From assembly GCA_964106915.2 (NCBI GenBank), contig OZ066915.1: a stretch of 64,000 nt of DNA, one strand, 5' to 3'. Below, piece after piece: positions 26,483-36,618 of this stretch. The notes under the pieces were generated by a model. That model saw only the letters and a program-made list of their open reading frames with translations. It was not told where the DNA came from and ran no database searches. The stretch is from Podarcis gaigeae (lineage: Eukaryota). The first letter of the stretch is position 1. Every line of letters starts with the position of its first letter. The position numbers were made by a program, and so were the translations under genes.

Positions 26483-26644
26483 TTTTCTGTACTCTGGATA
26501 TAAGCCCTCATAGAAAATGGATGACTAGAAGGAATTAAAGTCTAGTGCTAGGGCAGTCTCTCCCCTCTGTGGCTCTAGCTGTGTTTTGTTGGAGGATGAG
26601 CTGCTGTTGGTCTGATAGATTTGTCCCAAATACTGACACTTTAA
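26483..26644 (-). pseudogene. Antisense remnant exon P7 (162 nt)
   Basis: tgtctttcag|TTAAAG...GAAAA|gtaggt. Confidence 0.45.
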
Positions 26645-26774
26645 CTGAAAGACATGAGAGTGTGATGTATGTAACTTTAAAATGTTGATCTGGCTTAGTA
26701 GATTGCCCTTGGACTTGGGAAGTAGCAATAGAAACAAGAGTAAAATAAAAGTGATAGGTCCCAGGAAGCTCGAT

Positions 26775-26991
26775 GGATGCTCGGGTTGTGAACATGATCC
26801 ATGTGGGATGCACGTTCGCAACCCGCAGCATTTGCAACCCGTGTCTGCGCATGCTCGGGTTGCAGTTTGGCGCTTCTGCGCAGGCGCGACCGCCGAAACC
26901 TGGAAGTAACCCGTTCTGGTACTTCCGGGTTTCAGCGGTCCGCAACCTGAAAAAACACAACCTGAAGCGGCTGTAACCTGAGGTATGACTG
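26775..26991. mobile_element. Tigger-like MITE, left TIR damaged
   Basis: Right end gaggtatgactg-TA; internal sequence related to 47988 and 30397. Confidence 0.75.
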
Positions 26992-27936
26992 TATAATGAT
27001 GTTACAGTGTTCAAGGAGGTGGGGGAAATTGCAGCAGTAAAGGTTGGAAAGCTGATGAGTGAGGGAGTGAGACATTTACGCTTTTGAGGGTGCAGTAAAC
27101 CTGGGGTCACCATGGTAGAGGCATGGGAAGCAGTAAATGACATGAGACCTTTTGTGATTGAAATGGCCACATCCAAATGGATTACAAGTGTAAGAAGAGT
27201 TTTGCTTAAGCATTGGATGTGTATTCTAGATCAGCCAACCCTGTTGCTGGCTGATAACTACCTCAGGATCAATCCTGGGTTAAGCATCCCCAGTTGACGC
27301 ACACCAAATAAGAGTGACCCCTCCAGAATGCCAGTTGGGGTGTTCTGTGGCCTGTTAGCTCCCATCTGGGCATATGGACAGAATCCTTCCCCTTGGGAAC
27401 AGTTTACCAGGGTACCACGATACTTTCATTCAGAGGAGAGAGGGGATAAGGCTCCTTTCCACACCCACACCCCGATTAGACTAAGGATCCAACCCAGTGC
27501 TTTTTTCTGCCACAGGGAAATTCCTCCCTGTCCTTGACTACGACAACCAATTCAATCCACTGCAAAGTCATGTGCAAAGTCACCATGCTTCCCTTCAGGC
27601 GGGGCCAAATATATACAGGTTGGGAGGGTGGGATGTCTGATGCCGACTGCATTGCTGGAAGGCAGCACAGCCGTCTTTTAAGTTTTGGAGGCAGACCTAA
27701 GTGAAGACGGGCTTACTCAGGTCTGTCTCCAAATTCCCGCCCCACAGTCTGGCCTCTAATTGACCAGTTAAAATTCTGAAGGTAGGAAAGTCTCATCACT
27801 CCCCATGGCTGACTGATAACGCCTGCCAGCCAACCATGTGGATGGTTTTGCCTCTCCCCAGCTCACCCATGGAAGTTTTAAAGGTTTTAACAATGAAGGT
27901 CGGTGCAGGGTGCCAACATGGGTCTCTACAGATTAC

Positions 27937-28341
27937 CAATGGATGAGGCACGGTAGAGATCTACAGTGCATGGCTAAGCTTAAGTTAAGACATTGATCCA
28001 ACACATGACACACTCCTTGTGCTCTCCTGAAGAGCGAAGGAGGCACAACTATTTGCCATCCTGAGCCTGGGCAAGCAATTTTGTTCTGCTTCATAGAGTT
28101 TGAGGCTACAGTGTTTGTTTGAGCAGGTGCTCTTGCCTCGGCATCTTTGGAGATGGTGGCAAAGTCAATGGAGATGGCTCACTCTTGGACTTAACTCCAG
28201 CTGCCTCACCAGAAGGAGAGGCTTTTTCCCCTAACAGCAGAAGGCACCAGGGTTACATGAACAGATGGTGACATTACGCTTGGGATAGTTGATATCACAG
28301 GGGTGGGCCGCTCTCCTAACACTCTGGGTGCTGATGAGGGG
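27937..28341 (-). pseudogene. Antisense remnant exon P6 (Ser/Pro-rich; 3' end uncertain)
   Basis: Strong acceptor cccttcccatttcag; PSSAPRVLGERPTPVISTIPSVMSPSVHV / GEKASPSGEAAGVKSKSEPSPLTLPPSPKMPRQE with one frameshift. Confidence 0.5.
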
Positions 28342-28482
28342 CTGAAATGGGAAGGGGGTTAAGAAAATTCCTAGTGATGGCAGCTCTGTATCGGGAGAGT
28401 TTTAATGTCTGATGTGTTACAATTTTTAATATATGCTGTAAGCGGCCCAGAGTGGATGGGGAAACCTAGCCAGATGGGTGGG

Positions 28483-28494
28483 GTAGTAGTAGTA

Positions 28495-28543
<49 letters not shown>
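28483..28543. repeat. (TAG)n(TAA)n microsatellite (retroposon tail)
   Basis: Follows gctgtaagcggcccagagtgg...; seen directly. Confidence 0.9.
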
Positions 28544-28544
<1 letters not shown>

Positions 28545-28801
28545 TGTTTGGCCTTTTGGATCCCAGCCTTTGTTCTAGATCTCAGTGGGAGGTACTGAAA
28601 GCTCAGCCAAATCCTGTCTGTGTAGCCACTCCATTTTATCTGTATATTTCCTGTATATTTGGATTCCATTGTTTTTTGTGATGCTAATATGGGACAAATT
28701 CTTTGGGAATTATTCTTGTGTCTACCTAAGTGAAACATTCCCCAGTCTTACTACTGTGATTATATGTGATTATGTGTGATTTTCTCTTCTAACTTTGATA
28801 G

Positions 28802-28887
28802 GGTACTTTCCCACATGGGATTGACATATTGACTGCAGCTGATTATTTTGCTGTTGGAAGCAGAGCGAATTGTTTCCTCAATATAAG
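28802..28887 (+). CDS. TBCD: TBCD exon (~ex17, 86 nt)
   Basis: gatag|GGT...AG|gtaag; GTFPHGIDILTAADYFAVGSRANCFLNI. Confidence 0.96.
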
Positions 28888-29208
28888 GTAAGAGTCTCTA
28901 AATGTAAGTACCTCCTCTACCTTAAATTTATGGGTGACACACAGATAATTTTGGATTTTAAAAAAGTCTTTCTTGTTCTACATATGGTTGCACGGGAAAT
29001 TGGAGAACATTGTGAACAATATGTTTCTGCAATGTTCTATGTGAGAAGACTGAGTGAAATTGGTAGTGCTTGTGTTCTTCACTATTTGTAAAATAATTTT
29101 AAGTAGAAGTCCATATATAGCCCTCTGATTTTTATGTTTAATAGGAGAGGCACTATTAAGGGTGCCACATGGTGTTTCCTTTTATTTTACAAGAAATAGG
29201 GCATTTAC

Positions 29209-29438
29209 CTACACCAAACTGAGTGGGGGGGGGGATAATTTTTCTTCTTCAGCGGGTTGCCCTGGATTGTGAGGTTGTCCTTGGCAGCAGGACACAAATG
29301 TTGCTTAAGTTATCTCAGTAAATCTACAATGGGGCCAGGGGCCAAGCAGAGCCCTTTTAGGTTACTATACTAGCCTCTTTAGGTGGAGGCTTCAAGTGGG
29401 ATCGCAAGCACTGCCTAGGTGTGTGATACCTTGAAACC
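29209..29438 (-). pseudogene. Antisense remnant exon P5 (230 nt, degraded)
   Basis: ttaattag|GG...GTAG|gtaaat; several stops and a probable slip in a C-run. Confidence 0.4.
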
Positions 29439-29614
29439 CTAATTAAGAACTGAGTACAAAAGTAACATGATGGTGTGGAAGGAAAACTTGTGGAGGGGGA
29501 AGTATAAGATGGTGGGCAATACTAAATAAGAGGGAGCTTTAATGTAGATGGGACAACCTTATGTGTCCTCAAGCTGAACACTGTGTTTCCAGAAAGAAAG
29601 GGGGGTAACGTTAC

Positions 29615-29946
29615 CTTGAGTATTAACTGGTGCTAAGCTTCCTTGTCATGGTGGTGAATATAAATATCTGGGGTGAAAATAGGGTCCTGTTTGCATAATT
29701 TGGTTGGCGATTCCTTCCCTTGATGTATGCTCATCAGTGTTGTTAGCTAAGTACCTATACTGGGCTGTGTTTTGCAGATAGTTTCCTAGTGCTTCTGGCA
29801 TGGAGCTTATTTTCATCAGGGGTCTCAGATTTTCGGTTTGGTGGGAATGCCTTGGATGGCTTGACTGTGTTAGGATCTAGGCAGAAAGGAAGACATTTGA
29901 CATTTCTGGAGTTTTCATGCCTCTGCAAAACTGGCAGAAGTCACTC
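29615..29946 (-). pseudogene. Antisense remnant exon P4 (332 nt, phase 2-1)
   Basis: ttcactag|G AGT...CAA G|gtaacg; 110 codons with 2 stops (SDFCQFCRGMKTPEM...HPRYLYSPP*QGSLAPVNTQ). Confidence 0.6.
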
Positions 29947-29996
29947 CTAGTGAATGTGATCAAGGAGAATAGCCAGTGTATGGTGTTGTTTTCTTC

Positions 29997-30370
29997 TTAA
30001 GAATGTAAGAATATGAGAGCGTGCTACATCAGGCTAAAGGCCCATCTAGTCTAGCATCTGTTCCTACAGTGACCATCACAACCCCAAGATCTCTTTCCTG
30101 CCCAGTCACTGCCACTTCAGACACCATCTTCGTATATGTGAAGCTGGGAATTTTTTAGAGAGGTTCTTTTGGATCTCTTCACTTACCTTGTTTTGTTTTT
30201 ACCACCCTGAATAACTTTATGCCATCAGCAAATCTCACCTTCTCAGTGCTCACCCCTAAATATGAACCAAGTGAAAAAGGCCAGTTGCAATACAGATCCT
30301 TGGAGGAACCCCTTCCAAGAATAATCAAGTTATAACGAGTGTGCTTTAACCAGTTACTGATCTGTAAGAA
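29997..30370 (-). mobile_element. CR1 LINE, deleted fragments
   Basis: RT motif FADGIKLFRVVKTK, CR1-type tail ggcccatctagtctagcatc. Confidence 0.75.
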
Positions 30371-30396
30371 GACCCCCCCCTCTTTCCCCCTCCCCC

Positions 30397-30717
30397 CAGT
30401 GGTACCTCTGGATGCGAACGGGATCCGTTCCGGAGCCCTGTTCGCATCTAGAGCAGAATGCAACCTGCGTCTGCGCATTTGTGTGTGTGCGGGTCACGAT
30501 TTGCCACTTCTGCGCATGCGCTTGATGTCATTTTGAGTGTCTGCACAAGCGGCGAAACCCGGAAGTAACGCGTTCCGTTACTTCCGGGTCGCCACGGAGC
30601 GCAAAAGGACACATTCTACTCATGTAAAAACACGCTGATTCCCGGACTGTCTGCGGGCCAGATTTAGAAGGTGATTGGGCCACAACTGGCCCCCGGGCCT
30701 TAGGTTGCCTACCCCTG
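30397..30717. mobile_element. Half Tigger-like MITE (30397-30602) fused to half hAT MITE (30603-30717)
   Basis: Left TIR cagtggtacctc only; right TIR gttgcctacccctg only. Confidence 0.75.
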
Positions 30718-30728
30718 GTGTAGTGTGT

Positions 30729-30753
30729 ACACACACACACACACACACACACA
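30729..30753. repeat. (CA)n microsatellite
   Basis: seen directly. Confidence 0.95.
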
Positions 30754-30860
30754 GAGGGAGAATATTAATATAGCCCCCTTCTGGTTGTGCTTGTTCATTG
30801 CATGCAGGGATTTTGAAAAAGCAACATGGGGGAGCATTAAAAAATACAACCCCCACTTAC

Positions 30861-31025
30861 TGTCTGAAGTAGTATAGTCCAGAATTCTACCAACCCACTG
30901 TGTTTAGTATGCATATCCGTTCTAAACCAAATGTTTCCTGTGCATCAGCTTTGAAGAATATTCTTAAGGCCAGCAGAACCATATGAATTAATGTGCTTAC
31001 TGAATACAAGTCAAGTAATGGTGAA
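30861..31025 (-). pseudogene. Antisense remnant exon P3 (165 nt, phase 2-2)
   Basis: cccttcag|T TCA...AGA CA|gtaagt; SPLLDLYSVSTLIHMVLLALRIFFKADAQETFGLERICILNTVGW*NSGLYYFR. Confidence 0.65.
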
Positions 31026-31120
31026 CTGAAGGGAGGCTGGCAATTTGCAGGCCTTGAAGAAAGTAGCGTGTTTAGCATACTTTGTCTGCGGTGTGAGCAT
31101 ACTTTGTTTTTGTTACTTAC

Positions 31121-31267
31121 TCAGTTTCTAAACTACCTTTTTTATTGTCCCTTTCATCCTTAAGCTGTTCAGCCCACACTCTTCCATGGCACTCCACCCT
31201 CCCTTTAGTCTTTGCTTTTTTTGGTACACACCTTACTCCTACACGCAGCCAATTTCCCAACTCTTTT
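31121..31267 (-). pseudogene. Antisense remnant exon P2 (147 nt, phase 2-2, fully open)
   Basis: tttgtttcactatag|A AAA...ACT GA|gtaagt; KELGNWLRVGVRCVPKKAKTKGRVECHGRVWAEQLKDERDNKKGSLET. Confidence 0.65.
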
Positions 31268-31348
31268 CTATAGTGAAACAAAAACAAGGAAATGTGATGG
31301 GTCCGGAAGGTAGTTCTTTCCCATTTTTCTTATGTACTTTCGAGTTAC

Positions 31349-31498
31349 CGGATGAACAGGTCATAATTGGAGGATTGACTAGGTTTTAACTAAAGTACAA
31401 CTGTCCCATTCCATGGAGAAAACTGATCAGGGCCTTGATTGTAAATTATTTTTTTCCATGACGCATAAACAATCAGTAATTTTAGAGGGTTTGGCCTA
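31349..31498 (-). pseudogene. Antisense remnant exon P1 (150 nt, phase 2-2)
   Basis: ttacag|T AGG...ATC CG|gtaact; RPNPLKLLIVYASWKKIIYNQGPDQFSPWNGTVVL*LKPSQSSNYDLFIR; weak acceptor. Confidence 0.55.
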
Positions 31499-32447
31499 CT
31501 GTAAGGTATGCTATCCCTTCTCTTGCATCTGTGAGCTGTGTATGTTTCACTACACAGATTCTTGTTGCACAAGCATAGGCTTGCAATACGTCATGTATGG
31601 CATGTCCTGGTTTTCAGGTGTAAAAATGGCAGCGGGGGAATTTTGCCTAGTGCGCAAAATGTCAGGGAAAACCCGGATGTATGGCAACGTAATGGAAAAA
31701 GCAGCAGAAACATCTCCAAAAGCTTAAAATCACTAATTTGGGGGGGGGGCTGGGAGTCCTTCAAACCTTCAGGCCTTAAAATATCCATGATTTTTAGTTT
31801 TCTCTTTCCATTTGTGCGGTTTAATTAATGGAATGATTCATTTCTATCAATAGAGATTTATCTTGCTAATTTAAACTTTTCAAAAATCTAAGTTGGTTAG
31901 CATTTTTACATATATTCTTGGAGGAGAGCAGAAGGTTCTGTTTTCTTTCAATTTCTTTTTTTTGATGGTCAGTTCTTAATAATGTTGACTGTGACTAATG
32001 AAATAGCCTTATTTTACTAAGCAGTAGAAATAAAATAGCAAAAAATACCAGGTTCTCTGTTAATGTGCCCCAGATAAGCCAGAGAAATGGCTAATTTCCC
32101 TCCCTGATTAAACATCCCCTCCCCCAGCAATAGCCATGATAATACTTTCTCTACAAAAATGTATTCACACTTCATTTTAGCCAGCCCCTTTGCTTACATG
32201 CCTTTTTAATATAAAGTTTACATGACTTAAATAAGGTCTCATTTAATTTCAGCATTGGCTTTCATAATGCTGTGTTGGTTAAAAGCAGAATATTAGTATA
32301 TGTTTGGGATGAGATGGCAAACATAAATAAAAAGCTTTATGTGTCAAGCTTGACTTCATATATATGTCTATTAAATTCCTTCCTTAACTTGTAAGCCTTG
32401 GACAGTTTGAGGTTATTAGGTTCTTGTTGAAATTGACTTTGAAATAA

Positions 32448-32582
<135 letters not shown>

Positions 32583-32978
32583 TAAGTTTAATTATGTTAA
32601 TATGTGGGGATTCGGTATTTTGATCAGAAAAGTAGAGCTGATTTCTAAATTAGATTCGTAGTGAGACTGCTTTTATTGTTTTCAATTTGTTCAATTTGCT
32701 AACATTTGTTGACTTTCAGCTATATCTGATAAAAATCAGGTGTGCTAGTGAAAATTAATTATTAAGACTGGAATAAGTACAAGTACTTAAATGTGTTGTT
32801 TTGACCCTGAGAAATGAAATAATCCTGTGGTTCAGATGCAGCGAGGAACCATTTTTACTTGCCCTGTCAACAAGCAATTGTGAGCCTTGAGCTTACACAT
32901 CTTCCTTTCCTCTCCTCCTCTCTTGCTCACGTGAGGAGCCACAGTTTGTGAACCTAAATTGTTCTCTATCATTTAAGC

Positions 32979-33512
32979 CAGAGGTTTTCAACCTTTTGGA
33001 GTCCATGGCTTCCTTGACCCTACTACCTTCTTTCTGCAGCACCCCTATGGGGCTCAGGATCCCAGTTATGTCACCCCTTGCCTGCAGAGCTGGCAGCCTC
33101 TCATCCTTTTTCAAAAACCCTCCCTTGTGGAGTGTTCCCTCAGCCTCCTCCCCTCTCCTTGGGAGTCCTCCGGGTAGCCATGACTGCCACCCCTGGTGTC
33201 TGAGCTGTCCGCCCTCCCCAAAGAGAGGTGCGTTCTCGTGCCACCCCACAGGGGCCTGGGCAGAGAATGACCCCAGACGGAGACTGGCTAGAGGTGGACA
33301 TGAGGCCAGCACCTTATCTTGAGAGGCAGCAGGGGCAGCAGCAGGGCTGCTGCAACAGACAGCTGTGCAAGCCTTTGGGAGGTAGAGACGCAAGAAGGCA
33401 TTAAAGGAGGGAGGGAAGGAAAGAAGGACAGAGGCCAGTGTTGCCTGTGGCACCCCTGATCATCATTCAAGGCACCCCAGGGTGCTGCGGCACACTGGTT
33501 GAAAACCCACCG
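32979..33512 (+). mobile_element. Non-autonomous hAT element
   Basis: TIR cagaggttttcaacc / ggttgaaaacccaccg, perfect 8-bp TSD atttaagc; a second copy lies inverted at 62106. Confidence 0.9.
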
Positions 33513-33761
33513 ATTTAAGCAAATCACAGTTCCCTAAATTCCGATATCACAGGGAACTGTGATTCCTTTAAAATCAGGAGCAGAAGGTTCTGCCTCTTCC
33601 TTTGCCAAGTGAAATAGGAGAGGGATAGGGAGCATGCGGACCCAAGGCTCATTCGTGTTGTAGGAAGCCATACTATCTCCCATTCTGGCCTCCTGGGCGC
33701 CCAGTGGGGTTAGCACTGCCCATTATCTCGAGGCAGAAACTTTGCTGCCTCCTAGGAACTT

Positions 33762-33828
33762 GCCTGGCATGCTCTAGTCCATGGGGTCACGAAGAGTCGG
33801 ACACGACTTAACAACTAAACAACAACAC
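33762..33828 (+). mobile_element. Bov-B extreme 3' tail
   Basis: gtccatggggtcacgaagagtcggacacgact...(aac)n with 8-bp TSD aggaactt. Confidence 0.88.
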
Positions 33829-34021
33829 AGGAACTTTAATGGATTATGTTCCTGAAAGCAGCTGCAGTTTTAAGTTCCTCCCTTTAGCTTGAAGCAGCAG
33901 CACTGGAAATGTCATTACTCGTGAACTAGGTGTTTTTAGTTCATATGCCAGCCTTATAAGCACACCTGCTGCATGCTTCCCACCCCCCACCTCATTCTCT
34001 CCCCATCTCTCAATCTTTCAG

Positions 34022-34095
34022 TGTTATTCGGGATCTTTCAACCAAAGCTCTGCATAACATCACACCACAGGCTCCAGAATATATGGCAAACGAAG
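34022..34095 (+). CDS. TBCD: TBCD exon (~ex19, 74 nt)
   Basis: ttcag|T GTT...GAA G|gtgag; [24 protein letters not shown]. Confidence 0.96.
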
Positions 34096-34627
34096 GTGAG
34101 TGAAAACAAGCTTATGATCTAAAGCGCCTAGAACATTACTGCAAAAGCCCTTAATCCTATGTGGCTAATAGAGAAGCAAACTGAATATTTCTAGCAACCA
34201 AAGTAATTAAGTGTCTCTAACAGAGAGAGAAAATTATCCTATAATGGGTTAAATGTATATACAGAACTCATTATCTTAAGAGTAATGTTCACACACTGCA
34301 GACTTTTTGTGGCATTAGAGTAGAATACATGTGCTTGGCTTGTGAAAAGATTTTGTATTTAGCATATGAAGAAATGTGTTAACTTCTTTGGGAAATTAAA
34401 CCAGGGAACTGCAAATGCTAGTCATTTACATACTTTTGCAAACTTCTCGATGTATGTAAAATGAATTCAAGATATAGCCTTTTCAAACATGAATAGTAAG
34501 CAACAACTATTACTCCTTTTTTGTCATTTTATTAGGGATCCAGCATCTAGTCTTCAGACTGGAAGGGGACAATTTCTTGTCTATTTGTCTTTAAATTTCT
34601 AAGTTATTCATGTTTAATCTCTTGCAG

Positions 34628-34745
34628 TTTTACCAAAACTGCTGCCATTGGCAATTGGCACAGATCTTCATACTCGCCACGGAGCAATTCTGGCCTGTGC
34701 TGAGATCACTCACGCCTTGAGTAAACTAGCAGAAGAAAATAAGAG
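34628..34745 (+). CDS. TBCD: TBCD exon (~ex20, 118 nt)
   Basis: tgcag|TT...AG|gtaaa; [38 protein letters not shown]. Confidence 0.96.
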
Positions 34746-35231
34746 GTAAAAAGACAAAATCATTACTGCATTGTTTTTATACATATTTTTGAGACTGTAG
34801 TGAAACACAGTCTATAAATTGGGTCAATAAATAAATAAGGCTTGGAACAAAGATGAATTCTTGTTGACTACCATTTCCCCCAATGCATTATGGTAGAGTT
34901 CATATTGGCATTTAAGCTCTGCATACTAGGGACTACTATGATCAGAAAGAAAACGAGGGTAGTAGAAAATTAAAGAAGAAAAAATAACATCATACTCTTC
35001 TTATCTACAACAGTGGTTTTCTTCACTGTGGGTGGCATTTACCAGGGTGCATTAATGTGCCTTGGAAAGATAATGTGAATTAGCTGGAACTTATTTCAGT
35101 GAATTAGCTAAGAGATCTAAGAAAACATAAATTCACCTAGGAAGGGAGTTAAAAGCTAGAATCGTTAATATTTTAATGGCTATAAATATATTCAAGAGCT
35201 TTGGTTATGAAACAGGTAATACTAGATAAAC

Positions 35232-35354
35232 TAAGGTTACCAGATGTCTCCATTTTGTGGGGACAGTCCCCAGATTTACAAATCAGTCCCCATACAAAAT
35301 CCATTGAAGTTGGAAAGTGTCACCAGATTCATTGAAAATAATCTGGTAACCTTA
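35232..35354. mobile_element. hAT (Tip100-like) MITE
   Basis: TIR taaggttaccagat / atctggtaacctta; 8-bp TSD agataaac/agataagc. Confidence 0.85.
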
Positions 35355-35621
35355 AGATAAGCTTACTAGTCAATACATGATGATCTCACAGGTAATATGG
35401 GAAGAAATACTTAGTATTGGTTTGGAAGGTTTTGTGACATCTGTCAGGAACGCTGGTGGCTTTAGAAGTTTGACTGACACCTTAGTTTTCAGAGAGAAGA
35501 ATAAGCACCTATACTTTCCAGTTAATGCCTTGCCACTGGCAGATAGGTTTCTAGGACTCCCTCACATGTGACAGAAAGAAGCTCATATAGTATTCCTCTG
35601 ATGTGGCTTTTAACTTTGCAG

Positions 35622-35682
35622 ATCCATTACATCATATTTGGATGAAAAAGCCTTGGAAGGACTTAAACAGATTCATGTGGAG
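35622..35682 (+). CDS. TBCD: TBCD exon (~ex21, 61 nt)
   Basis: tgcag|A TCC...GAG|gttgg; SITSYLDEKALEGLKQIHVE. Confidence 0.94.
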
Positions 35683-36595
35683 GTTGGTACAAATTCTGTC
35701 TTATGAAAAAGAAAATGTTTTTGCACTCTTTAAATAGGAAAGTTTCTTTTGTTAAAATCGATAATGTAAAAATTATTTGGTGTGTGTGCATTGTTATATG
35801 GCATGCCCACCTCCATGCAGCTTACTGAATGTTTGAGGGAGTTTCCCAAAGTGGACCATAGCCCGACAGCTGTGGCTGATAGGACAGATCAATGGCAGCT
35901 GCACAGCTGCATGGTGGTAGGGAGGTAGACTATCTGCAGCCAGCCCTGCAAAAACTGGCAGGTGGCACGTTCTGTTGCTCCTCTCAATCTGCTGCCTGCA
36001 CCAATGGATTTCCTTGGCTCACAGAAGAAGTGGCTCACCAGTAATGCAGACTGGAGATATATTTTATTTTTTTCCATAATGTGCTGTACAAAAGTCTGTA
36101 TGAGATTTGAAATGAAGTGGATTTTCTTCTTCAACATAAACATGCAGAGAATTATCCTACACTTAGAATATTGTATGTACGTGGGATCTATTACTGGAGC
36201 TTCCTGGGCAGTAACAGTATAACTAATATTCTTATTAGGAAGATAGATACTATTTTGTTAGCCATCAATGATCTATATGTATGATCAAATATGAGTGAAA
36301 CAATACCGAATTATGTCGCAAAAACTTAATCCTTGTACTCTTATAAAAAAAATACTGTGTACAGTTAACATATTTCTGTGGGGTGGAGTTTTGACTAAAT
36401 TGGTGTTTCTCAGCCATTTTGAAATGGGACCTATTGGTAAATTTACATAACCTTTTGGGATCCAGAATCCCATTGTTGTGTGGTCCACTCAGGAACACAT
36501 CAGGAACTAGCTGTGGGCTATAACTTGCAATTTTAGATTCACTGAACTAAATAGAACTTCTTTATTCCGTATCTTATACCAGTTTTCTCTTACAG

Positions 36596-36618
36596 CTTTG
36601 CCGTCGTCAGTTGTATCG
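36596..36618 (+). CDS. TBCD: TBCD microexon (~ex22, 23 nt)
   Basis: tacag|CTT...CG|gtaag; LCRRQLYR; needed to keep the frame between its neighbours. Confidence 0.92.

Larger units (their letters stand above)
21720..31498 (-). pseudogene. Nested antisense multi-exon gene remnant, unidentified protein (unitary-pseudogene-like)
   Basis: At least 12 candidate minus-strand exons with AG/GT boundaries, several 79-95 nt introns, phase-consistent joins, long frames with sparse stops, and TE insertions inside exons. Confidence 0.7.

Noticed and set aside
26535-27176. Longest ORF in the track (213 aa, minus)
   Set aside because: It reads through a MITE (26775-26991) and probable intron. The flanks may belong to the antisense remnant, but the ORF as a unit is accidental.
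32893-33527. 186-aa and overlapping ORFs
   Set aside because: They lie within a GC-rich non-autonomous hAT element, with no transposase motifs. The same applies to the ORFs at 62069-62635.
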